A DNA stretch of 64,000 bases from Christensenella sp. UBA1214 (GTDB taxonomy: Bacteria > Bacillota > Clostridia > Christensenellales > CAG-138), in NCBI GenBank assembly GCA_002309375.1, contig DBXK01000012.1, positions 84,009 to 148,008 of the forward strand, written 5' to 3'. Shown one piece after another: positions 34,207 to 44,046 of this stretch. Position 1 is the stretch's first letter; each line of letters opens with the position of its first letter. A model generated the notes under the pieces. It was not told where the DNA came from. It ran no database searches and was given only the letters and a program-made list of their open reading frames with translations. The position numbers were made by a program, and so were the translations under genes.

Positions 34207-35199
34207 ATGTCTGAACCGATGTTCAGTATTATTGTTCCGGTATATAATACCGAGAAGGAACTGGAGCGATGTGTTAACAGCGTGACCTGCCAAACATATC
34301 GTGATTTTGAGTTGATACTGGTGGATGACGGCTCAAAGGACAACAGCGGCGCCTTGTGCGATGTGCTCGCAGAAGCGGACACCCGTATTGTAGTTGTGCA
34401 TCAGCAAAACAGCGGTTCTTCTGAAGCAAGGAACACCGGTATTCGCATTGCAAAAGGACAGTATCTGATCTTTGTTGACAGCGACGATATGTGGGATGAC
34501 CCGGATGCTTTGCATGGAATAGCGGATGTGATAGAAAAGAACCCCGGAGTGGATGTCGTTTGCTTTGGGGTGAAGATTTTCGACGATGACGGGACATTTG
34601 TTAAAGCAAGGATCCCCGCGAGCTTGAAAGAATCGGAAAAGTCAAAAGAAGCAGTTTTGCGGCAATTGGTTTACTCCAACCAGTATTTCAGCGCTTCATA
34701 CGTAAAGGTGCTCCGCAGAGGCTTTTTTATTGATAACGATCTGTTCTTTGTTAAGGGCCTTATAAGCGGTGAAGACGGCGAATGGTCAGCTCGTGTTATG
34801 GTTTGCTGCAACTCAATTGATGTTTTTTCCAATGGTTTCTATAAGCGAATACGCCGCAAAGAGGGTGGGATCACTTCGTCGATCAAAAAAAAGAATATTC
34901 TCGATGTGTTTCAAGCTATAGATAACGGTATTCAGTTTATCGATAAAAATGCAGAAACTGATGCTTTAAAAGAGATTTATAGGGAGTACTGGGCATACCA
35001 ATACGCCATGCTCTTCAGTCTCGCATACCGTTTACACAAAGATCCGGGATATGCTTCGATAATTACACTGTTTCGAAAATACAAATGGCTGCTTAAGTAT
35101 GATCACGTAAGAAAAGTCAAAGCTGTGCGCATCCTTTCTGCTTGTGCTGGAATACGCGGCGCACTTTATACCCTTGCAGTGTTTAATCGCTTGAGATAG
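34207..35199 (+). CDS. Glycosyltransferase family 2
   Basis: Start at 34207 behind GAAGGGGG. FSIIVPVYNTEKEL...LILVDDGSKDNS...IFVDSDD. Confidence 0.85.
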   Translation: MSEPMFSIIVPVYNTEKELERCVNSVTCQTYRDFELILVDDGSKDNSGALCDVLAEADTRIVVVHQQNSGSSEARNTGIRIAKGQYLIFVDSDDMWDDPDALHGIADVIEKNPGVDVVCFGVKIFDDDGTFVKARIPASLKESEKSKEAVLRQLVYSNQYFSASYVKVLRRGFFIDNDLFFVKGLISGEDGEWSARVMVCCNSIDVFSNGFYKRIRRKEGGITSSIKKKNILDVFQAIDNGIQFIDKNAETDALKEIYREYWAYQYAMLFSLAYRLHKDPGYASIITLFRKYKWLLKYDHVRKVKAVRILSACAGIRGALYTLAVFNRLR

Positions 35200-35208
35200 G
35201 AGACATGT

Positions 35209-35796
35209 ATGGAAACCGGCCCCAAAACTTTGCGAGAACTTAAGCATTATATTAGAAGAGATCTACGCTACGTAAACGGTCATCCATATCGGGCTTTCTT
35301 TAGCAGACTCCTGTTCGAACCGGGCTTCAAATACTGTTTTTGGCTCCGCTTGACGAGATACTTCTTCCTGAAAGGCAAAAGCGCAATGCTTATGTTTCTG
35401 CTTTGCAGAATGATCCTGAAGCATTACGGCTATAAGTTCTCGTTCGATATATCTTTTAGGGCACAGATAGGTCCTGGTCTGACAATTGCTCACTATGGCT
35501 ATATTATTGTTACAAGTTATATGACAATCGGTTCGAATTGTACGCTTCGTCCCGGAGTAGTGTTCGGTAAGAAACTCACATCTCGAACAGGGAATGCATT
35601 TGTGGGGGATAATGTGGATTTCGGCGTAGGAGCCAAAATAATAGGTGATGTTTCGATCGGGGGAAATGTAGTTGTAGGAGCGAACTCGGTCGTTACAAAG
35701 GATGTGCCTGATAATTGTGTTGTTGCGGGTGTTCCAGCAAAGGTTATCAAGTACCTGGAGGAGCAGCAAAAGCAACCGCTAAGCAAAACAGTATGA
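35209..35796 (+). CDS. Left-handed beta-helix (hexapeptide) O-acetyltransferase
   Basis: VGDNVDFGVGAKIIGDVSIGGNVVVGANSVVTKDVPDNCVVAGVPAKVI. Confidence 0.8.
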   Translation: METGPKTLRELKHYIRRDLRYVNGHPYRAFFSRLLFEPGFKYCFWLRLTRYFFLKGKSAMLMFLLCRMILKHYGYKFSFDISFRAQIGPGLTIAHYGYIIVTSYMTIGSNCTLRPGVVFGKKLTSRTGNAFVGDNVDFGVGAKIIGDVSIGGNVVVGANSVVTKDVPDNCVVAGVPAKVIKYLEEQQKQPLSKTV

Positions 35797-36791
35797 AGTA
35801 CTCGGTAATAATTCCTGCATATAACGCCGAGAAAACACTCCGACGTTGTCTCGACAGCATCGTCTGCCAGCTTCCGGCAGATGTGGAGCTGTTGCTTATT
35901 AATGACGGCTCCGACGATGGGACGGATAAGCTTTGCGACGAATATGCGAGCAGGTATCCGAACATACGCTTGTTTTCAAAATCAAATGGCGGAGTATCAT
36001 CAGCCAGGAATATTGGGCTTGAAAACGCGGTTGGAGACTATATCCTCTTTATAGATGCAGATGACGCAGTCTGCACAGGTTACTTTTCGGTACTCGATGA
36101 AGCGCTTCGGGATTCGCCCGATATGCTGCTCTTCAAAAAGCAGCCGATAGATAGGAAAATTCAGTGCGTTGACGACTGCGGAAGCATTATGCGCTGTTCA
36201 GATGCGCAGCACAGCAGTCGATTTCTTTCGAAGTATATGCGAAGACAGGCACTTAATCTGATCACAACCAAAGCATTCCGCAGAGAACTCATTGAAGAGC
36301 ATCATCTGCGGTTTGACGAACGATTGGATATCGGCGAAGATAAAGTGTTTGCATTTGCATTTGCAATCTTTTCCAAACGGATAGATTCGATCACGGCGCC
36401 GCTGTATTGCCTTTCAGAGGATGATCCGTCCTCACTGTCGCGCAAAAAGAGGGACACGCTTTGCGAGAGCATTCTTTTGGAGCACAGGCTGATGGACAAC
36501 ATTCTGAAGAATTCAGATATTTCGAACGATTGTAAAAAGTATTATCAGAATGCACTCAATTATTCATTCTATCGAAGTGCCTATACTGCTGTAGGAGAGC
36601 TGCAGAAATACGATCTGTCCGGGAAAGAACGCAGAATAAAAGCGAAAGATATTTTAACTGCGTTTTCACGAGAAACCGAGTTTCGTGCGAAGGAACTCTC
36701 ATGCAGATGCATTGCATTTCCGGTAAACAAGAGAAAAGCGGCGTTTGTTGACTTTGTAATGCGTTGTTCTCCGAAACGAGGCTGCCCATGA
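35793..36791 (+). CDS. Glycosyltransferase family 2
   Basis: Start at 35793 (ATGA overlap). YSVIIPAYNAEKTL...LLLINDGSDDGT...LFIDADD. Confidence 0.85.
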   Translation: MKYSVIIPAYNAEKTLRRCLDSIVCQLPADVELLLINDGSDDGTDKLCDEYASRYPNIRLFSKSNGGVSSARNIGLENAVGDYILFIDADDAVCTGYFSVLDEALRDSPDMLLFKKQPIDRKIQCVDDCGSIMRCSDAQHSSRFLSKYMRRQALNLITTKAFRRELIEEHHLRFDERLDIGEDKVFAFAFAIFSKRIDSITAPLYCLSEDDPSSLSRKKRDTLCESILLEHRLMDNILKNSDISNDCKKYYQNALNYSFYRSAYTAVGELQKYDLSGKERRIKAKDILTAFSRETEFRAKELSCRCIAFPVNKRKAAFVDFVMRCSPKRGCP

Positions 36792-37870
36792 AAAAGATAC
36801 TGATAATCGCTGGAGCGCTGTATATAGGTGGGGCAGAAAAGATCTGCAGTGATATTGGCCTTTTCGCGAAAGGCCGATACGATGTGCATTACTTGGTTTT
36901 CGGAGATCGTATTGGCGAGTATGAAGCCGAATTGACAGATGCGGGATGCAAGATCATCCATGCATTGCCTCCTTCCGATGGATACATGGCATACTATAGA
37001 TTCCTGGTGCGCCTCATGCGCAAGGAACGCTATGACGTTGTCCATTCTCATACTATGTTCAATTCAGGCTGGGCAATGCTTGCTGCCAAACGCTGCGGTG
37101 TTCCGATTTGCATTGCTCATTCTCACTCAGCGCTTGATGTACATATGCCCGTATATAAACGATGCTACGAAGCCTGTATGCGGCAAATGATCTTAAAGAA
37201 TGCAACAGTATTTGCTGCATGCAGTAAGAAAGCCGGCGAGCGGCTTTTTGGGGAAGCATTTAAGACTCGTGGGACATTAATCATTAACGGGGTCCAAACA
37301 TCTAAATTTGCGTATGATGATGAAGCACGAAATCGTATGCGAAGGGAACTCGGAGCGGAAGATCGTTTTGTTATAGGCCATGTTGGACACTTGGCTGAAG
37401 TTAAAAACCAGAGCTTTTTAATCCGCCTTATGCCAAGATTGCTGGAGAAAAAACCAAATGTTTTTCTTATCCTGCTGGGTGATGGTGATGAGAGGGAAAA
37501 GTTGGAAAAGCTGATTGACAACCTTGAGCTTTCGGAGTACGTGAGGATGCTTGGCAATGTACTTAATGTAAACGAATACTTATCCGCAATGGATGCATTC
37601 GCGTTTCCGTCTCTCTACGAAGGCTTGCCGCTCTCAATAGTAGAGGTGCAGGCAAACGGGCTGCCCTGCATCATTTCCGACCGCGTTCCAAAGGATGTGT
37701 TTGTGACGGATCTTCTGACACCGCTGCCGTTAGAGAACGAGGACGCCTGGATAAATGAACTATGCAATGCACGGCGAGCAGACAGCAGCAGTTACTGCAT
37801 AAAAGTTCGGCAATGCGGAATGGACGCTCAGGATTTTCTGGAAAAGGTTTATTCGCTCTATGGGACTTGA
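36788..37870 (+). CDS. Glycosyltransferase family 4
   Basis: Start at 36788 (ATGA overlap). KKILIIAGALYIGGAEK...PSLYEGLPLSIVEVQANGLPCIISD. Confidence 0.85.
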   Translation: MKKILIIAGALYIGGAEKICSDIGLFAKGRYDVHYLVFGDRIGEYEAELTDAGCKIIHALPPSDGYMAYYRFLVRLMRKERYDVVHSHTMFNSGWAMLAAKRCGVPICIAHSHSALDVHMPVYKRCYEACMRQMILKNATVFAACSKKAGERLFGEAFKTRGTLIINGVQTSKFAYDDEARNRMRRELGAEDRFVIGHVGHLAEVKNQSFLIRLMPRLLEKKPNVFLILLGDGDEREKLEKLIDNLELSEYVRMLGNVLNVNEYLSAMDAFAFPSLYEGLPLSIVEVQANGLPCIISDRVPKDVFVTDLLTPLPLENEDAWINELCNARRADSSSYCIKVRQCGMDAQDFLEKVYSLYGT

Positions 37871-37900
37871 GTGCGCTAAGACGTGCATTAAGGGTATAAC

Positions 37901-38830
37901 ATGGAATTGATGAATCGCGGGTTTGTCACAATAGCAACCGGTAAGGAGCATTATTATAGGATCGCGTACAATCTGCTGCACTCGTATCGTCTTAATGCAG
38001 GCAGATATCCGTTTGCGATCATTTGCGATCGGATCAACAAATACACAGCCGCTTTTGACAAGACCGTGATCATGGAAGAGCCTGCTCACAGCTATATGGA
38101 TAAACTCAGGCTTTTCGATTGCCTCCCTTTTGATGAAACGATTTTTATTGATGCAGATTGCCTTGTGTACGGCGATATAGATTGCTGGTGGGCGCTTTTC
38201 GAAAATGCAGACGATTTTTCGGTGTTTGGCTGCGCATATGAAAATCTGGATACAGATCGCGGTTGGTTTCGCGCCGAAGGAATGGGAAAGTATCGCGAGT
38301 CGATCCGATTTGTCCCGAGTTTCAGCGGAGGCGTCTATTTCCTCCGTAACACAACGACCTGTTCGGGGGTGTTTGAGGTCGCCAAGGATGCAGCAGCACA
38401 CTATCGAGAGTATCCTTTTGCAATATTCCGAGATCCTGCGGACGAACCGGTTATTGCACTCGGAATGGCGGTCATGAATTGCCGTCCGGTTGACTGCGGT
38501 GATGTGGGCTTGTATACGTATAAACGCTATACACGTGCAGATATCGCTGTACCCAACGCGGAATGGTATTGCAATGATGCATGGAAGCAGATAAAACTGA
38601 TCCATTTTGGAAATTTCGGGACGATGAAGGCATTCTATCTTTTCGAAGCTGCGACAGCTAAACGGAAGCTTGCAGGGAAACCGTTGGACAAGGGAATCGT
38701 AGGGACGGTGTTCTTCCGTTGTAAACTGCTGTACGGTATACTGCATGTGTGCGATTTAGTAACGCTATGGAAGCGTGCCATTCGGAGAGTCAAAAAAAGA
38801 TTGAGAGCCGGGAGGTGCAGAGCATGCTGA
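37901..38830 (+). CDS. Putative GT-A fold (GT8-like, DxD) glycosyltransferase
   Basis: GFVTIATGKEHYYRIAYNLLHS...TIFIDADCLVYGD (DxD). In-operon orientation, and the competing antisense ORF has junk composition. Confidence 0.5.
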   Translation: MELMNRGFVTIATGKEHYYRIAYNLLHSYRLNAGRYPFAIICDRINKYTAAFDKTVIMEEPAHSYMDKLRLFDCLPFDETIFIDADCLVYGDIDCWWALFENADDFSVFGCAYENLDTDRGWFRAEGMGKYRESIRFVPSFSGGVYFLRNTTTCSGVFEVAKDAAAHYREYPFAIFRDPADEPVIALGMAVMNCRPVDCGDVGLYTYKRYTRADIAVPNAEWYCNDAWKQIKLIHFGNFGTMKAFYLFEAATAKRKLAGKPLDKGIVGTVFFRCKLLYGILHVCDLVTLWKRAIRRVKKRLRAGRCRAC

Positions 38831-39939
38831 AGGTACTGTTCTTTATAGAAACACTGGGCGGCGGCGGGGCGGAAAAAGTACTCTGCGACCTTGTCAATCA
38901 CATGGATCAATCTAAATTTGATATAACCGTGCAGACGCTTTGGCCGTCGGATTACAGAAAGAAACTGGCTGAATGGATTCATTATCGAAGTGTTTACGCT
39001 TCAAATAGCCGCTGGAATCAGTATCGGATGCGGTTGGAGAGTGCGCTTGGGCTGATTTACCGCATGCACATGAGAGATAATTACGACATCGAGATTGCGT
39101 ATCTCGAAATGGGATCCACAAAGATTGTCGCATCGTCAACAAATAAAAAAGCTGTGAAGATCGCATGGGTGCATTGTGATCTGGAAATTCACATGGCTGC
39201 GGTTCTGGAGCGCTTTGTTAAAAAAACTGCTCCGATGTATAAGAGATTTGATAGAATCGTATGTGTTTCAGAGGATGTTCTGCGAAGCTATACAGCACTG
39301 TTCGGACAAGTGCCGCAGGCTTGTGTGCTCCATAACACAGTCGATGATAATGATATTATCAAACGCGCGAAGCTTCCTTTGCCGAACGATGCAAGTAAGC
39401 GCAGGACTACAGTTGTGACATTAGGACGCTTGACACGACAAAAAGGTTATGACAGACTGCTGCAGGTTCATAAACTGTTGATGACGCAGGGATTAGAATA
39501 TGACCTTTGGATACTCGGAGATGGAGAAGATCGGCTAAAACTGGAGACTTTCGTAAAAGAGAACAGATTGCAGGACTCTGTGCGTTTTTTCGGCTACATA
39601 AACAACCCTTATCCGTTCATCAAAGCAGCAGATTTGCTGGTATGCTCGTCTCGCTTTGAGGGCTTCAGCACCTTTGTTACCGAAGGTCTGATACTGGGGA
39701 AACCTATTGTCACTACGGATTGTACGGGTATGCATGAGCTTTTAGGCGATTCGGAGTATGGCTTAATCACGGAAAACAGTGTTGATGGGTTATATAAAGG
39801 CATGAAGAAGTGCCTGAATGACAGTACGATTCTGTCAGAGTATTCGCAGAAAGCCTTGGAGAGAGGAAAAGCGTTCGCGACAACAAAACTTGTTGATACA
39901 ACGGAACGTTTTCTGGAGGAGGCTGCAAGACTCAAATGA
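38824..39939 (+). CDS. Glycosyltransferase family 4
   Basis: Start at 38824. LKVLFFIETLGGGGAEKVL...SSRFEGFSTFVTEGLILGKPIVTTD. Confidence 0.85.
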   Translation: MLKVLFFIETLGGGGAEKVLCDLVNHMDQSKFDITVQTLWPSDYRKKLAEWIHYRSVYASNSRWNQYRMRLESALGLIYRMHMRDNYDIEIAYLEMGSTKIVASSTNKKAVKIAWVHCDLEIHMAAVLERFVKKTAPMYKRFDRIVCVSEDVLRSYTALFGQVPQACVLHNTVDDNDIIKRAKLPLPNDASKRRTTVVTLGRLTRQKGYDRLLQVHKLLMTQGLEYDLWILGDGEDRLKLETFVKENRLQDSVRFFGYINNPYPFIKAADLLVCSSRFEGFSTFVTEGLILGKPIVTTDCTGMHELLGDSEYGLITENSVDGLYKGMKKCLNDSTILSEYSQKALERGKAFATTKLVDTTERFLEEAARLK

Positions 39940-40027
39940 TCCGTTATCTATCAGCGAAAACAGCATCATCGAACAAAAGTGCTATGATACGATTTGCCCG
40001 TAAGGCTTGCAAAAGGAGAATGACGAT

Positions 40028-41155
40028 ATGAATACAAGTATTCATCTTTTCCTGCTTTTTGCAGTTTTGCTTGTCGCGCTGCTTTATACATTGCGTCCAA
40101 CACTCGATCGTAAAAAAAGAGTCGTTCGAGCCATTACTGTTATTATGACTCTTTTCAGTGGACTGCGTACCTGGTGGATGGGCGATCTGATAAAGTATTA
40201 CACATTGTATAGAAACTGCAACGGGCCGAATTGGAAAGCGACACTTACGGAAAAATGGTCTAATATGGGTATCCGCTTATTATTTAAGTTATCTGGTACC
40301 CTTGGAATCAGTTACGAAGCCTGCATTTTCCTGATTGCGGCTTTTGCAGCGATCAGTCTCGGCATTATCATTTACAGATATTCAACATCGCCTTTTATCA
40401 GTTATTTGATGTATATAGGTATGGGGTTTTATATCTTTACTTTTTCGGGCCTGAAGCAAACGATCGCAATGGGCTTTATCTGTTTTGCCATGATTTCGAT
40501 TCTTGAAGAAAGACCGAAGAGATTCCTGCTCTGGACTTTGATAGGAGGTTTCTTCCATGCGCCGGCATTGATTTTCTTGCTTGCTTATCCTTTTGCAAAC
40601 AAGAAAGTCGATCGCGGATATATACTGTTCCTTATAACCGCGTTTGCAATTGTGTTTGTATTCCGAAACAGTATTGTCTCTATGCTTTCAACGCTTTATC
40701 AGGATGATGCGGATGCGTACGGTACTGCATCCAAACTTATTGGCGGACGCTTTATTGTTATGTTGTTAATACTGGCCGGAGGATACTATCTGCGTCCGTT
40801 AAACAGCAGCGACAAAACATATTCTAAGACTTTTAACGTAATGGTTTTAGCTGCACTGTTTCAGACTTTCTCTGTATACAATAATGTTTTCACCAGACTT
40901 ACTGACTATTTTTATCAGTTTATCATTTTGTTCCTTCCCATGGTTCTAAGGCCATTCGGAGTTTTGACCAATGAAAAAGCCCAGCTTGAGAGTCCGGGGT
41001 ATTTTAGAACTAAAGAAGTCTATACTATTGCAGTGGTAGCAATAACAGCATATGCAGTCTACTATTATATGGGCTATTTGAACAGTTCGTCAGGTTATCT
41101 CGCAAGCTTCCGCTTTTTCTGGCAGCTGAACGCCCATGCTTTATACGGAGGTTAA
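40028..41155 (+). CDS. EpsG-family polytopic membrane protein (Wzy-type repeat-unit polymerase candidate)
   Basis: Start at 40028 behind AAGGAG. About 10 TM helices with an EpsG-like pattern (LKQTIAMGFICFAMISILE...GGFFHAPALIFLLAYPF). Confidence 0.75.
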   Translation: MNTSIHLFLLFAVLLVALLYTLRPTLDRKKRVVRAITVIMTLFSGLRTWWMGDLIKYYTLYRNCNGPNWKATLTEKWSNMGIRLLFKLSGTLGISYEACIFLIAAFAAISLGIIIYRYSTSPFISYLMYIGMGFYIFTFSGLKQTIAMGFICFAMISILEERPKRFLLWTLIGGFFHAPALIFLLAYPFANKKVDRGYILFLITAFAIVFVFRNSIVSMLSTLYQDDADAYGTASKLIGGRFIVMLLILAGGYYLRPLNSSDKTYSKTFNVMVLAALFQTFSVYNNVFTRLTDYFYQFIILFLPMVLRPFGVLTNEKAQLESPGYFRTKEVYTIAVVAITAYAVYYYMGYLNSSSGYLASFRFFWQLNAHALYGG

Positions 41156-42196
41156 GTGCCGAAATTCAGTTTTGTTGTTCCGGTTTATAACTGCCGGCAG
41201 TATATTGAAGAATGCGTCGAAAGCATTCTGAAACAAACAGTATCTGATTTCGAGATATTGTTGATTGATGACGGCTCTTCTGACGGCAGCGGAGAGTTGT
41301 GCAATCGTCTGGCAGGAACGGACAAAAGGATACGCGTGTTTCACAAACAGAACGGAGGAGCTTCAAACGCACGGAATTTCGGTATCAAGCAAGCTTACGG
41401 ACAGTACATTTTTTTCATTGACGGAGACGATACGATTGAAAAGAACTGCATTGAAACTATTGAACCGTTCCTCAACGGTGATAAATGCCTTGTTGTTTTC
41501 GGTATGTGTTTTGATTACTGGAATGAGGAACGAATCGTTCAAACCGTTACATACAGCATGGCGTTCCCCGGCTCTCATTCGACTGGAGAAATATCAGAAA
41601 ATCTTTCTGAATATTTCAACGACAACGTACTGTCAAGCGCATGCAATAAAGTGTTCCCGGCAAAGCTTTTTTCCGAGTATACGCATTGGTTCCCCGAAAA
41701 TGTGTCCCTGTATGAAGACCTAACGTTCGTTATCGGGTTGCTTCCCTGCTTTGAAAATGTACAGATAATCAATGAAGGGCTGTATCATTATAGAAATGTA
41801 TTAGGGAAGACACACTTGAGTCAGCGCGTAGCAAATCTCAGCAAGATTAAAACAGATCTTATTCCAATGAATCATGCTTTTGCCAAATTCGGTGAAAAAA
41901 CCGGTTATCGTAAAAACGCATCAGCCGTTGCAGCAAGTATTTATTGCATGATGCTCGAACAGCATTTGCTTAATCATTCTGTTGATACAAAGGTTATGCG
42001 CAAAGCACTTCCGGAATACATTCACGAAGAGAGCTTTCAAATATTTTTGAAAGACGGAGTTAACCTTGATTCTGATAAGCAAAGGCTGATTTCAATGATT
42101 GAACAAGGTAGGTTCGGGTCAATTAGGTTTATGTTTTCAAGAAAAAAGCTTAAACGCAGGTGCAGGTCTGTCGTGAAACGAATGCTCGGACGATAA
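41156..42196 (+). CDS. Glycosyltransferase family 2
   Basis: GTG start 5 nt after ACGGAGG. FSFVVPVYNCRQYIEECVESIL...LLIDDGSSDGS...FFIDGDD. Confidence 0.8.
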   Translation: MPKFSFVVPVYNCRQYIEECVESILKQTVSDFEILLIDDGSSDGSGELCNRLAGTDKRIRVFHKQNGGASNARNFGIKQAYGQYIFFIDGDDTIEKNCIETIEPFLNGDKCLVVFGMCFDYWNEERIVQTVTYSMAFPGSHSTGEISENLSEYFNDNVLSSACNKVFPAKLFSEYTHWFPENVSLYEDLTFVIGLLPCFENVQIINEGLYHYRNVLGKTHLSQRVANLSKIKTDLIPMNHAFAKFGEKTGYRKNASAVAASIYCMMLEQHLLNHSVDTKVMRKALPEYIHEESFQIFLKDGVNLDSDKQRLISMIEQGRFGSIRFMFSRKKLKRRCRSVVKRMLGR

Positions 42197-42207
42197 AGAG
42201 GACGATT

Positions 42208-43023
42208 ATGAGGGAAATCGGTTTAAAAGAGATGCAGCAGATTGAGCTGGCAATGCTTATTGAGCTTGATAGAATCTGCAGGAAGCATGATCTGAGATAC
42301 TATATTGACGGCGGCACTTTGCTAGGCGCAATGTGCTATGAGGGGTTTATACCGTGGGATGATGATATAGACATCAAAATGCCACGGCCCGATTACGAAA
42401 GGCTTATTGGCTTTGCCCAAGAGCTGCCGAAGTATATAATGATGCGTGTACCAACCGAAAAAGATTGTGAGTATACTTTCATCAAGCTTATTGATACACG
42501 CACGGTCATGATCGAGAACGCTGGCAGCAGAACAAAACAGTCAGGTGTTTATATTGACATTCTGCCGATGGACGGTCATCCGGATGACGGTCCCGGATAT
42601 GAAAAACACCTCAAAAAACTGAGCCGCCTCAACACACTGTTTCATAATTCGATCGACAACTTCTCGGTAATGAAGCATTCATCATCGATCGTCACTCAAA
42701 CAAAGGGGTTCATTTATTCAAAAGCTTTCACACCGTGGAAACTTATATGCCGTTTGACTGAAACAGCAAAGAAGTATTCCTATGATGAGTGTAGCCGCGT
42801 CGGGCTGCTGATCGAAGGCGATCCGATTAGAGAACGATTTGATAAAGGATGGCTCGAGCCGTCTGCAACACTTGAATTCGAAGGGCATATGCTGCCGGCG
42901 CCTTGCGGGTATCGGCGACATTTGGAGATATTCTATGGCGACCATGTAACAAAACCGGAGTGTTACCATAACTTGCCTCAGTATCCAGGAAATCACGATT
43001 ATACGGTCTATTGGAAGGAGTAA
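42208..43023 (+). CDS. licD: LicD-family phosphotransferase (phosphocholine or polyol-phosphate transferase family)
   Basis: QQIELAMLIELDRICRKHDLRYYIDGGTLLGAMCYEGFIPWDDDIDIKM is the LicD signature. Confidence 0.8.
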   Translation: MREIGLKEMQQIELAMLIELDRICRKHDLRYYIDGGTLLGAMCYEGFIPWDDDIDIKMPRPDYERLIGFAQELPKYIMMRVPTEKDCEYTFIKLIDTRTVMIENAGSRTKQSGVYIDILPMDGHPDDGPGYEKHLKKLSRLNTLFHNSIDNFSVMKHSSSIVTQTKGFIYSKAFTPWKLICRLTETAKKYSYDECSRVGLLIEGDPIRERFDKGWLEPSATLEFEGHMLPAPCGYRRHLEIFYGDHVTKPECYHNLPQYPGNHDYTVYWKE

Positions 43024-43025
43024 AA

Positions 43026-44027
43026 ATGGGATTTAGTATTAAGCATGTTCCGAAATACCTCAACTGGCTGAAAAAGGACCGGGCAGCATATCATGATGAC
43101 TGCAAAGTCTCAAAAGAGCTTGCAAAGATCAATCATAAGCTTAATGTAGCTTTGCTTTTAGGCAAAGCAGAGAAAGCGGAGAATGTATCTGACGAAAAGC
43201 ATAATTGGATACTGCGCTATTTGCAGGAAAAATGCTCCGATACGATAAATAGGTATAAACAGATTGAGTCTCCGATAGATATGCATGTTCCGAACCCCGA
43301 ACTTAAAGTTTGGAGCATGTGGTGGCAGGGCGAGGAGAATGCAGACAAACTGTTTCGCATGTGTATCGACAGCGCCCGAAGGCACACTCACCAAAAGATA
43401 ATAACCCTCGATAAGGATAATTATCAAAGGTTTTTTGAAATCCCTGAATACATCCTGAAAAAACATGACGAGGGAAAGATCGCGTTGCAGCATGTCTGTG
43501 ATTTAATGGTCGTTTCAATACTGGCAGCTGAGGGCGGTTTTTTTACCGGTGCAACAGTGTGGTGGTCACAGGATGCGAGTGAAGAATTGCTGCGCTCTCC
43601 CTTCTGGACATGCCGCGCAGTATCGCAAAGCCGCCTCAATATGTCGCGTTCACGCTGGGTCGGATATGTGTTGGCGGGAAGAAAGGATTTCCCGCTATTT
43701 AGCTTCGCGAGGGACTGCCTGCACGAGTACTGGAAAAACTGCGATAAAGCCGTCGATTATCTCATCCTCGATTATGTTTTCGAGCTGGCGTATCAAAACA
43801 TTCCTTGTGTACGCGAGATGATCGATTCGCTGCCGACACAAAATAACATGCTTCGCAATGAACTTATAATGCACCTTTCTGATCCATACGATCCGGAATG
43901 GTTCAAACGCTATACCGAAGGTGATACATTTATGTATAAACTATCGTGGAAGTTTGGAGAAAAGCGTTTGGAGACAAACGGTGTTCCTACAGTTTATGCA
44001 CATATGCTTTCGGAAATCGAACTGTGA
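43026..44027 (+). CDS. Capsular polysaccharide synthesis protein (Caps_synth / GT32-like)
   Basis: Start at 43026 behind AAGGAG. KVWSMWWQGEENADKLFRMCIDSARRH matches the PF05704-type N-terminal motif. Confidence 0.7.
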   Translation: MGFSIKHVPKYLNWLKKDRAAYHDDCKVSKELAKINHKLNVALLLGKAEKAENVSDEKHNWILRYLQEKCSDTINRYKQIESPIDMHVPNPELKVWSMWWQGEENADKLFRMCIDSARRHTHQKIITLDKDNYQRFFEIPEYILKKHDEGKIALQHVCDLMVVSILAAEGGFFTGATVWWSQDASEELLRSPFWTCRAVSQSRLNMSRSRWVGYVLAGRKDFPLFSFARDCLHEYWKNCDKAVDYLILDYVFELAYQNIPCVREMIDSLPTQNNMLRNELIMHLSDPYDPEWFKRYTEGDTFMYKLSWKFGEKRLETNGVPTVYAHMLSEIEL

Positions 44028-44046
44028 ATGTTAAGGGAATAATCCA